DNA of 64,000 nt from Bigelowiella natans CCMP2755 (Eukaryota; Protista; Cercozoa): positions 1-64,000 of the forward strand of contig ADNK01001576.1 of assembly GCA_000320545.1 (NCBI GenBank), written 5' to 3'. The translations under genes and the position numbers were made by a program. Positions within the stretch are counted from its first letter, which is position 1. Each line of letters opens with the position of its first letter. The notes beneath the pieces were generated by a model. The model saw only the letters and a list, made by a program, of their open reading frames with translations. It made no database searches and was not told where the DNA came from. Positions 1 through 9,998 of the stretch are shown piece by piece.

Positions 1-3000
1 GTCGATGACACCTCCACGACTTGTTGTCATTGACAGATCCTGCTCCTGCTCGTCCCGTTCCGAGCCCAACGCTGCACGTTGGTCACGAACCTGCTCTGTC
101 TGCTCTCCCTGCTCTGCCTTCTCTCCCTGCTCTGCAGGGCTGGAAATGGCACCGGGCACGTCCCAGACCCGCACGGTTTCACCATCACTCGCGGTGACCA
201 CGCGCTTGCCGTCCGGGGAGAACGCCGCCGAGGTTACATCACGGGTGTGGCCCTTGAGCACGAGCAGCTGCTCCCCTGATCTGGCATCCCAGACCCGCGC
301 GGTCTTGTCCCGACTCGCGGTGACCACGCGCTTGCCGTCCGGGGAGAACGCCGCCGACATCACAGTAGAGGTGTGGCCCTTGAGCACGAGCAGGGTCTCC
401 CCCCCCGAGTTGACTCCCATATCCCAGACCCGCGCGGTCTCATCAAGGCTCGCGGTGACCACGCGCTCGCCGTCCGGGGAGAACGCCGCCGAGGTTACCC
501 ACTCGGTGTGGCCCTTGAGCACGAGCAGGGTCTCCCCCCCCCCCGAGTTGACTCCCACATCCCAGACCCGCGCGGTTTTGTCATGACTCGCGGTGACCAC
601 GCGCTTGCCGTCCGGGGAGAACGCCGCCCAGGTTAAATCACGGGTGTGGCCCTTGAGCACGAGCAGCTGCTCCCCTGATCTGGCATCCCAGACCCGCGCG
701 GTGTTGTCACCTGGAAAGGCACTCCCCGCGGCGGTGACCACGCGCTTGCCGTCCGGGGAGAACGCCGCCGAACACACATAATGAGTGTGGCCCTCGAGCA
801 CGAGCAGGGTCTCCCCCCCCGCCGAGTTGACGCTGGCATCCCAGACCCGCGCAGTCTTGTCATGACTCGCGGTGACCACGCGCTTGCCGTCCGGGGAGAA
901 CGCCGCCGAGGATACATGTGAGATGTGGCCCTCGACCACGAGCAGGGTCTCACCCCCCGAGTTGACTCCCACATCCCAGACCCGCGCGGTTCCGTCATAG
1001 CACCCTGCGGTGACCACGCGCTTGCCGTCCGGGGAGAACGCCGCCGAGTTCACTTCATCGAAGTGGCCTTTGAGCACGAGCAGGGTCTCCCCCCCCGAGT
1101 TGACTCCCACATCCCAGACCCGCACGGTTTCACCATCACTCGCGGTGACCACGCGCTTGCCGTCCGGGGAGAACGCCGCCGAGTTTACATCACGGGTGTG
1201 GCCCTTGAGCACGAGCAGCTGCTCCCCTGATCTGGCATCCCAGACCCGCGCGGTCTTGTCCCGACTCGCGGTGACCACGCGCTTGCCGTCCGGGGAGAAC
1301 GCCGCCGACATCACAGTAGAGGTGTGGCCCTTGAGCACGAGCAGGGTCTCCCCCCCCGAGTTGACTCCCATATCCCAGACCCGCGCGGTCTCATCAAGGC
1401 TCGCGGTGACCACGCGCTCGCCGTCCGGGGAGAACGCCGCCGAGGTTACCCACTCGGTGTGGCCCTTGAGCACGAGCAGGGTCTCCCCCCCCCCCGAGTT
1501 GACTCCCACATCCCAGACCCGCGCGGTTTTGTCAAAGCTCGCGGTGACCACGCGCTTGCCGTCCGGGGAGAACGCCGCCGAGGATACATGTGAGATGTGG
1601 CCCTCGAGCACGAGCAGGGTCTCACCCCCCGAGTTGACTCCCACATCCCAGACCCGCGCGGTTTCGTCATCACTCGCGGTGACCACGCGCTTGCCGTCCG
1701 GGGAGAACGCCGCCGAGATTACATAATCGGTGTGGCCCTCGAGCACGAGCAGCTGCTCCCCTGATCTGGCATCCCAGACCCGCGCGGTTTTGTCCCCGCC
1801 CCCTGCGGTGACCACGCGCTTGCCGTCCGGGGAGAACGCCGCCGAGTTCACACTTTTGATGTGTCCCTTGAGCTGGAGCAGCTGCGGGGAAAGCCCCGAG
1901 GGTTTGTTCGCGATCTTCAGCTGGTACTTGGGTGGGACCCTGCTCAGCCATGCCCGCATCGTCTGCCTTGCGATCCTGGACGGCGCGAACGTATCGGGGA
2001 AACCCAGAGCTAGCGGGTAGATGCACAAGGGCTCGTTCTGCCTGAGCGCCTCAGGTAGGCACGCCATCGCCCAGCGGTGGAACTGGTGGAGTTCTGCGTG
2101 TTTGATATGGGGGTGGCCCGAACTTGCCTGGGCCTCGGCCGCGGTCTCTGCCTCGGATAGAAGCGAGATGAGGCCGGTGGTCCTGTGCGGGAATTTCACG
2201 AGGTGCTCCTCGTAGACCCGCAGGGATGTGAAGTACTGCATGATAATGATTTCCTCCTGGCCCTGGTCCTTGCCTTCACTGTGATCCTGGCCTTTGCCGC
2301 GGCGTTTGAGGTTTTGGAGCGCGTGGAACCCACAGTGCTGTATCGCGTAGTCGAACAGGCCTGTGGGTGGGGGTGAGGGTCGGGGTAAGGGTGAGTGTGA
2401 GGGTGAGTGTGAGGGTGAGTGTGAGTGTGAGGGTGGAGTATGGGGGGGGGGGAGATTCTCACCATCATCAGGCGCTGGTTTCGTTCCTTTGCACGCGGCA
2501 CCCCGGGACCGTCGCGCGTCCTTCTTCCCTTCCTTCCCTTCCTTATTTTCCTTCCCTTCCTCCTCGGCTACCCCTGAATCGCGTGGGAGAAGGTGCCTGA
2601 GACGCCCGGCGAGCGTCTCGTGCCCTTTGCTCTCGGAGATGAAGTATCTTTGCGATACCGACCGGTCGGGACCCAGCAACGGGTCCGATCTCTCCTCGAA
2701 ATCTGTCAGCCAGTCCCTGACACTCTTGTGGTTGAACCTTACCTTGCACTGCGGGCGCCCCTCGAACCGGCGCAGCAGCCCGCTCAGCGGTTCCAGAAGC
2801 CCGAACGCTTCTTCGATTTTGTTCCCGGGCGTCGCTGAAACTGGCATGGCCAGCTCGGCCAGCTCGGCGAGCGTGAACTCCCTCTGGCCGGCCACCACCA
2901 CCTCCAGAAGAGAATGGAGAGAATGCAGCCTTGCAAGCCTCTCTTCGTTCTCTTTGGTCTCCTCCTTCTTAGATTGTTGGAACGGGAACGCTTTGCTGAA

Positions 3001-6000
3001 CGTCTGCTCGTAGTATTCGTCCAAATTCGCAGGGAGGTCGTCCAGATCCGAGACCTTGAAGGTCCCCCTGAGCTTGTCGTGGTCGAGTTGGTCGAGGACC
3101 CGGGCGGCGTACAGAAACATCCCGCTGATCTTCGTGCAGAGAACCTCCGTTGCCTTCCGCCTCTCTTTTTCTGATAAGTGCGACCCGATCTCCCCCCCCA
3201 ATTTGTCCTCAACGAACAACCGGACATCATCCCTGTTCTGTTTCTCGTCACATTGGATCCGGACCGGTTTGTAAGCCTTGAGCTCTTCCATGATCTTCAC
3301 TTCGGGGCGGCTGCTGACCGCGAACCTGACCCAATTCGGCAGAAGCTTCAAATTGTGGCGAAGGATGTAAAGCAGGCCTTTTGGGTCATCCTGGTACTTG
3401 GACTCGTCCAGCGCGTCGACCAGGAGGACGATGGGTCTAGATGGGGGGGGTTGGTTCGTGGGGAAGGCGCGTCTCAGGGGTTTCACGATCAACTGGTCCC
3501 AGATGTGGTTCACCGTCGCGTCTGCCATCCCGCCCTTGAGGTCCTTTCGGCTGCGCAGGAGCTCCTCACGGTACGGTCCGAGCCGTAGCGCGAGGTCGTG
3601 GGCAAGAGAGCGGAGGATCTGCTTTGGGCCCCGCCGCTCTTCGATATCGTGCCTGCAAAAGTGGACCGCGAGGATCTCTTCTGGGAACCGCTCGCACAAG
3701 AGCGCCATCGCCACCGATTTGCCCATACCCGCTGGCGCGCAGAGCCAGAAGAACTGGCTTCCCTTGTTTTGCAACCATTCCTCAAACGCCCCGACAACCG
3801 CCGCGCGGGTCCCCTTCAGGTACTTGCTCATGAGGTCCTCCAGTTCGTCGGTGATGTTGAAGGCACACAGAAACTCGGTCAGCGGCCGGGTCTCGGCCCT
3901 CGCTAGTTCCTATTTGAAACAACCGAAAACCAAACGAAGAGACTGTGAGGTGCACCCCACCACCAAGATTCGCATCATTATTTATTACCAGGTCTTTCTG
4001 TTCCGCTTCGGTGATTACAGGCCTCGCGACCTCCTCGACCAAAAACGTCTTGCTGGGGGAGGCCAGGAACGTGGCGTATCGGGAGATGTACACTTTCGCC
4101 ATCTGGATGCACATCCCGGGGTTGCGTATGCGTTCGGATACCTTGTGTTCTGTTAACATGCCAGGAGGCCATGGGAGGTATGCCAAGTCAGTCAGCACGG
4201 GCCACGGCCAAACGCCATTTGATTCGTACCTTTTTTGAAGAGCTTGCTAAAATGGTAAGGTTCCAGGCCCTTCTCGGCGGCAACGGACTCCGATTCTAGT
4301 AGGTACGCGCGGAATAACCGCCTGAACCTCTCTTTGGTAAGGGTTGGGTTCATCTTGATGACCTGCGATCACCCGCATACACATACACGCACGCCTCATA
4401 CACGCACGCCTCACACACACACACACACACACAGACACACACACACACACACAGTTTCTGATGACCCGCACACCCTCACGCACGCACACACACAGGCACC
4501 GCACGCCCTGAATTCTCTTCTACCTTGGAATCCCGGTCGCTCATGGTTTCTCTCGAGGTCGTCAGCAGCAGCAGAGACTTGCTAATGCTGAGGATCTCCC
4601 GAAAGACTTTGGAAGATCGGAGGAGACTGGACGCGTTATCGCAGATCTAGGTAGGTGATAATGATATTTCGTAAACGTCTAACAATGCCCCAGTCCAGCA
4701 CCAAAACCAGAACGAAAAGCCTACGCAAGTGCGTACCAATAGGATTCGTTTCGACTCTGCTATCTTTTTGAGCGCATGGAGGGGGTCTCCCGCGACCAGA
4801 TGGCGGCTCTCGTCGGAACACGTCGACCTGGCCACGGCTGATAAAACGCTCCCTTCATCGATGGATCTCGATAGGTCCGCCTGGAAAGGGGTGTGATGGG
4901 GTGACGCTCTCACCCACGCCTTGCACGGCACACGGCACACGGCACACGGGTGCATAAAGAAAGAGAGAAAGAGGGAGGGGCGGGCACACAGGAGAGAAAG
5001 AGGGAGGGGTAGCAAGAGGGCTGATCTCACCCAAAATATAGCATTTGGCCCGTCGTTGTCATGCCACAATCTCCAGGCGACCGCCGTGGCCAGCGCGGTT
5101 TTCCCCGTACGAGTCCCGCCGACGATCTGGGTCCACCGCGTCGCAAACCTTTTTTCTAAAACTGCATGGTCGTTTTTTATCGACAGGCGGCAGTTTCTGA
5201 TAATGACTTGGTACCGTTTCTTCACCAGGTCCCGCGAAAAGAAAGGGTCAGGTGCGGGGATCCATCCTGTTTTGGGTTCAACGCGCGTCGAAGCCTTGAA
5301 TCCGTACTTGACGTCGTGGGCTTTGCCGTCGTCCGTGCGGGGTAGAAGTGTGTATTTGGGTTCCTCGATCTCAGCCTGAAACGCCCACCCGAGCAAACGC
5401 CTGATCTCTTCCTTGGTTTCTTGGTCCAAACCAACTTTTTCTTGCGAGCACAAAGCGAAGAGTTTGTTGTAAACCTTTTTGCCGTATGGCGCTTCTTTCC
5501 CCTCCAGATTGCTTGCCATCTTCATCACGCTGGCCCTAACCTCACTAGACTGAGGGATATGGTCTTGGAGAATGGACAGTGCTCGCTCTATCCGCCACCT
5601 AACCATTTCTCGAAGCTTCCTCTTCGCCTGGGCAAAGGCTTCCAATACGGTCTCTCCTCCGAGCAACCGTTTATAGAATTCACGGGCAAACACCGGGGCG
5701 CCGTTGTCGCCAAGCACGTCCTCTTTCCGACAGGCGACCACGTGCCTTACTACTCCGCCTTTTACCAGCTTCTCGCCTACGACCTCGCTATAGCACGCTG
5801 CCAAGTACACGACCTTGGGCCTGTTTTCGGCTGGTATTTTCCGGATCATTTCCGCAAAGGACTCTCCGTCCAGGTATGCCTCGGCGTTGGCGCTTGCCTG
5901 GCCGCCCTCGATGTGGAGCCCTTCTTCTTGATCTCCGTGCCCAGTGTGGTGGACGCAGAAACAGCCCGAACCGATGGCGTTCCGGATGTGCTCAACGCTA

Positions 6001-6385
6001 GCCCGCCATCTCGATAGCTGGAAGACGGGGTGGTTCCTGACCAGATCCCGCATGAGCTCGTACTCCGTTTCGAGGTCAAGTGCCTTGGTATCGGCCTCGT
6101 TCATCGGGGAGGATGATATGAACGCGATGTGGGCTGGGACCTGGTCTATCTTGGTGTCTGTCGGGCCGATCGAAGACAGCACCCGCATCAGGCGTTCGAC
6201 TCGACCCTTCTTCTTTACGACACCGAGCAACTTGTCATAGCCCATCACTAAAAGGTCCGCGCCATCAAAATCCTCTTCCTAGGATCCAAGGATATAAAAA
6301 ATGGCAGTGAGTGTGTGATGCTTGCTCTGGGATAGGGGAAAGAATTTTAAAAAAAAAGAAGGTGAAATGTAGCAAAGCAACGCAT

Positions 6386-6420
<35 letters not shown>

Positions 6421-6582
6421 GTTCTTGGGATGCACCTCGATAGCTGCGATGGTTTCGTCTCGAATGCGGAAAGTCTTAGTCTTCTGCACGTGTTTCAAGT
6501 ATCGTACAACATCCTCACAATAGAACTTCTCAAACTGTTCCCTAGTAAGGTTGTTGTAGTCCACCCCTTTGATCTCTGATTT
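1..6582 (-). CDS. Spliced NLR-like protein: SAM + CHAT (caspase-like) + STAND P-loop NTPase + NACHT NTPase + 13 WD40 repeats; start codon not located, 3' end runs off the window
   Basis: Hand-spliced exons, all with GT-AG introns and matching phases: 6582-6436, 6278-5031, 4880-4737, 4646-4524, 4362-4230, 4149-3989, 3909-2463, 2360-<1 (5763 nt, 1921 codons). Motifs in order: EDVVRYL...EEDFDGADLL (SAM); HHTGHG and LAACYS (CHAT dyad); GGTRTGKT, ILL|ICDNA, LLTTSR; APAGMGKS, HFCRHD, IVLLVDALDE, VSSRPE, FNHKSVRDWL (NACHT and winged helix); GHxxxVxSAAFSPDGKRVVTASxDxTARVWD x13. Confidence 0.85.
161..1880 (-). repeat. Coding tandem array of 13 highly similar WD40 units (126-141 bp)
   Basis: The anchor GGGGAGAACGCCGCC recurs at 215, 341, 476, 614, 755, 893, 1031, 1166, 1292, 1427, 1565, 1700 and 1829. 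All spacings are multiples of 3, and the minus strand reads canonical GH...WD repeats. Confidence 0.95.
2463..3909 (-). other. NACHT NTPase and winged-helix exon of the NLR-like gene
   Basis: KGTR...FEEWL...FFWLCAPAGMGKS (Walker A, ~3715-3738), AVHFCRHD, IVLLVDALDE (Walker B, ~3401-3432), FNHKSVRDWL, YFISESKGHETLA: the motif series of HET-E/NWD-type NACHT proteins. Confidence 0.9.
5620..6130 (-). other. CHAT (caspase/separase-related, clan CD) protease domain of the NLR-like gene
   Basis: IAFISSSP...LDLETE...VHHTGHG (5934-5951)...VVYLAACYS (5787-5804)...FAREFYKRLLGGETVLEAFAQAK; the His-Cys dyad is intact. Confidence 0.85.
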
Positions 6583-6718
6583 CTAGGAGAGAGATGCAGA
6601 CAATTAGAATGCATGTCAGCCTTCCTCTTTTCACTTCTTCGAATACTGCTACAATCATTTTTACTACGATCTCCACCAACGCTTGTGTCAGATAATACTC
6701 CCACCCCCACTTCTAAAC

Positions 6719-6739
6719 CTCTCTCTCTCTCTTTCTCAC

Positions 6740-6778
<39 letters not shown>

Positions 6779-6780
6779 AC

Positions 6781-6819
<39 letters not shown>

Positions 6820-6846
6820 ACAATTCTCTCTCTTTTTCTCTTCCAC

Positions 6847-6907
<61 letters not shown>

Positions 6908-6930
6908 ACAATTCTCTCTCTCTTTCTCTC
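6719..6930. repeat. Compound (CT)n microsatellite interrupted repeatedly by CACAATT
   Basis: Long CT runs separated by five copies of a (t)cacaattc spacer. Confidence 0.9.
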
Positions 6931-7297
6931 TTTGTCCTGAGAACCTCCATCTCAAGAATGGAGCTCTTCGCAGTGTGGGGGGATGGAGATATAACTGCGT
7001 GAAGGGTTTTTTTTGAGAGACATGTATGTTGGCCATGTCGCATTCTAGGAATGAATCCATATTTATTTGTTTTTTTTGGAAGGAATGAAGGGTAATGGCC
7101 CACTAACGACAAGACCGACGCGCCGCCTAACTTAATTAACTTATTACCGGTAGGACAAACAAGAATGGGACTGAAACGGGTGCGGCGACAAGTGGTCGCG
7201 GCGTCCGCTAGTTCTAGTTCTAGAGTTTTTAAAGTTACTACTCTCTAATCCAAATAAAAAACGCGTTGTCGGCACTCTTTGTGGCATCTTCACCCAT

Positions 7298-8074
7298 TCA
7301 ATTTTTCGTGGAACTCAACTCGGTGGAAGAACCAAGATCAATCTGATCCTCCTTCTTGCTGTCCCCCCCATCATCTTCGCCATTCACACTATTAACCCAA
7401 GCAAATCCTTTTTTTTTATCGTCAGTTTCTCCAACACCTGTCGCGGCTTCCGTCGATCCGCCCTGTGTTTTCTGCTTGTACCCGTAGTACGCGCCCCCCG
7501 CGACAGCTGCAGCTGCCGCGCCCATTAGGGCTCTCTTCAGCATCTTGCTCTTACCTTCACCTCCACTGAAAACCTCCGACCGTACCTTTTCGCTTTTGCG
7601 AAGAAAGTCCTGCAACATACTACGAGTGCGTTTGAGACGTTTGCGTTGCTCGTTGTCCCTGCTGACTTTTAGCGCTTCGTCGATCGATTTCACCGCGCGG
7701 GTGTACTGATCGGTCAAACCGCTGACCTTGCGCGAGAGCTCGGCGACGTGAGCCTCGAGCGAACGGCGGTAGAGCGGTGCGAGCTCTCCGTCGGGTGTAT
7801 CCGGAAACCGTTTCTTGGTCAACTTGAGAGCTGCGGTCTCAGTAGCCTTTGCGTTACGGAGGTGCTTCTTCGCGTATTCGCGCATCTCCTCCATCGTCAG
7901 CTTTGAGGGGTTCTGCGGTTTACCGGCTAAGATCAGAAGCCTCTCCAGGTCTTTCAGTCGGGCATTTTCCGGGCTGTCGATACCTAGAACCAGTTTTTCC
8001 AGTGAGGATATCCTATCCCTACTTTTTTTGGGTGATCTGGAAACCTTTGCCTTTCCACCTTTTGTCTTCGCCAT
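7298..8074 (-). CDS. Hypothetical basic coiled-coil protein with one hydrophobic segment near the C-terminus
   Basis: Intronless ORF. Likely start is MAKTKGG at 8074, after an A-rich leader. ALMGAAAAAVAGGAYYGYK is a candidate membrane anchor. Confidence 0.65.
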   Translation of the reverse strand: MAKTKGGKAKVSRSPKKSRDRISSLEKLVLGIDSPENARLKDLERLLILAGKPQNPSKLTMEEMREYAKKHLRNAKATETAALKLTKKRFPDTPDGELAPLYRRSLEAHVAELSRKVSGLTDQYTRAVKSIDEALKVSRDNEQRKRLKRTRSMLQDFLRKSEKVRSEVFSGGEGKSKMLKRALMGAAAAAVAGGAYYGYKQKTQGGSTEAATGVGETDDKKKGFAWVNSVNGEDDGGDSKKEDQIDLGSSTELSSTKN

Positions 8075-8183
8075 CTTTTGTTTTTTAACATTGGGAAATG
8101 AGAAAAAAAAATCCCCCATGCTCCACGTTGCATGTGCGGGTAGATCGCCTCACATGGCATCCATTCATTCAAAAAAAAAAAAG

Positions 8184-9218
8184 ATGGGTGAAAGGAAAAC
8201 AAAAGAGGAAGAGATGTCTGACTCCCCGACACACGAACCATTCAAACCCCGCCTCGGCGTGGTGTTATACTACGAGAACACGTCCAAGTTCGCATCGATA
8301 ACCACCGAACTAGGCGTTGTCTCACAATTCGGGCTATTCCAGGCCTACGGGGAAGGCAAGGATATCACCAAGGCTGTAAAGGAATGGATCAAGACCGAGA
8401 GGTTAGACCGGGTACTTTGGTGGATATTACCGAGGAGAGTGGAAACGGTCCGGGAAATCCAGATCTCCACACCTGAAGTTCGACACGGTGTTTACAACTG
8501 GGACGAGCCTCACATCTGGAGATCGGACACGAACTGGGGCGAGAAGACCAAGTTGATGGACGTGGTTATGGTATCCTGTTCGAGCAGTTTGGCGAGATAC
8601 CCGGCTAGGACGCCCAAGTTCCGTGTCGATCCCGGTGTAGACCTCAAACACTTTAGACCTTCAACGGGGAGGAGGCGCTACCTTTACGACGTGAGTCTGA
8701 TCTGCACCAACCTCTACGAGGACACCAGGCGTTTCCCTATGCAACTCGTTAGCCGACCGAAGATACTTGCGCTTCTAGCGGAAAAGCTGCCCCACGCACG
8801 GGTGGCATTATTCGGGCCCGAGGGTTTCCGCGAACAATACCCACGCATCTACGCAGGAATGTTGAGCTACGAGGACCTCCCGCGCGCTATCTCACAGTCA
8901 GCAGTTAACCTCTGTACCCACGTCGAGACCGAGGAGGAAGGTTATTTGAACGAGCGTGTAGCTCAAGTCCTTGCATGTGGAGGACTCCTTCTTACCGACC
9001 AGGTCGCTGGATCGGAAAGCTTCCTTCGTCCAGGTCGGAACTGCATCTTAATGGACCTTAGAAGCCTCGATAGGCAGCTCGAGTCGCTCGTGCAAAGCCC
9101 ACGTTCGTACGATCCTGTGAGGAAAGCCGCTCGTGAGACTGCCGAGGAACGTTTTTCGGCAAAAGGGTTCGCGCAAAAGCTTCTCAAAGGGTTTGAGGTA
9201 TGTGAGGGCTCGTCTTAA
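8184..9218 (+). CDS. Glycosyltransferase, GT-B fold (CgeB / Glyco_trans_1_2-like)
   Basis: YNWDEP, PGVDLKHF, LSYEDLPRAISQSAVNLCTH, YLNERVAQVLACGGLLLTD. The ATG at 8184 follows an A12 run; the longer 7815 start overlaps the opposite-strand gene. Confidence 0.8.
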   Translation: MGERKTKEEEMSDSPTHEPFKPRLGVVLYYENTSKFASITTELGVVSQFGLFQAYGEGKDITKAVKEWIKTERLDRVLWWILPRRVETVREIQISTPEVRHGVYNWDEPHIWRSDTNWGEKTKLMDVVMVSCSSSLARYPARTPKFRVDPGVDLKHFRPSTGRRRYLYDVSLICTNLYEDTRRFPMQLVSRPKILALLAEKLPHARVALFGPEGFREQYPRIYAGMLSYEDLPRAISQSAVNLCTHVETEEEGYLNERVAQVLACGGLLLTDQVAGSESFLRPGRNCILMDLRSLDRQLESLVQSPRSYDPVRKAARETAEERFSAKGFAQKLLKGFEVCEGSS

Positions 9219-9220
9219 CT

Positions 9221-9880
9221 CTAGGACAAACCGTTCAGGACCCACTCACGTGTCTGGAAGAGGACAGCGTTGACGATGATAGCGCGCAGAGCGCAGACGG
9301 AGTACCCGCTCCAAAGACATCCCTGGGACACGGCAGTGTTGAAACCGATACCCTGTGCCATCTGACGGTTTCTAACGACGTCGATCGGGTATGTCAGAGT
9401 CCATGAGAGCAGACCCGTCACGGCTCCAGCATTGTAAGCATCCATCTTCCATCTCGCTCCGCTAAGTTCGTCGTATAACGGCATGTAGATACTAAGCGCC
9501 AGCGCCTCGCGGCAGACAGTCGCACGTTTACCCCGACCGCGAAGAAGGGCTATGGCCAGGTCGCCCCGGACTCTCTGTCCTGTCTGTCGGAGGACCTTGA
9601 AAGTATCGAGAGCGAACACGATAGGGGAGACCAGCACGCCCGAGAGGAAACCGGTGCATACTGGAGGAGTATAAGGTCGTTGCTCGCGAGACCTTGTATA
9701 GAACGGAATCACGAACCCACAATATACAGCGTCAGTTGCGACAGGGTAGACACAGCCGCGATAAAGACCAGGTATGGCCTTTTTCCGGTTATTTTGGAGG
9801 TACACCTTCACGGTGTCAAACGGGTGCCCGGCCAACATGCTAGCGAAGCTACCCACAACAGCGGCAACGACCTCCTCCAT
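9221..9880 (-). CDS. Short mitochondrial carrier family (SLC25) protein
   Basis: Three carrier signature positions Px[DE]xx[KR]: HPFDTVK, degenerate ALDTFK, YPIDVVR; also GLYRG. 219 aa, intronless. Confidence 0.9.
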   Translation of the reverse strand: MEEVVAAVVGSFASMLAGHPFDTVKVYLQNNRKKAIPGLYRGCVYPVATDAVYCGFVIPFYTRSREQRPYTPPVCTGFLSGVLVSPIVFALDTFKVLRQTGQRVRGDLAIALLRGRGKRATVCREALALSIYMPLYDELSGARWKMDAYNAGAVTGLLSWTLTYPIDVVRNRQMAQGIGFNTAVSQGCLWSGYSVCALRAIIVNAVLFQTREWVLNGLS

Positions 9881-9998
9881 GACCTCTCTCTTTCTCTCTC
9901 TTTCTCTTCCTCTCTTCCTTCCCCTCTATCCCGTCCGACCGGCCGGGTTCTTTTTTATTTTATTTTTTTTTAAAAAGTGTAATTTGTAAAAAAAACGC

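Noticed and set aside
161-1880. Repeat-and-variable-segment pattern resembling a CRISPR array
   Set aside because: Units are 126-141 bp, always a multiple of 3, encode WD40 repeats, and no cas genes are present.
5-3906. Many plus-strand ORFs, including the repetitive SQTRAVLS...LPSGENAA proteins
   Set aside because: They are antisense shadows of the minus-strand NACHT-WD40 frame, which carries all the recognisable motifs.
6613-7112. ORFs with SLSLSL, RERERE, YIYIYI or VCVCVC runs here and throughout the window
   Set aside because: Translations of intronic or intergenic microsatellites.
7297-7306. AAAATTGA (mimivirus early-promoter motif) on the minus strand
   Set aside because: It coincides with the last codons and stop of the 7298 ORF and is not upstream of a nearby start.
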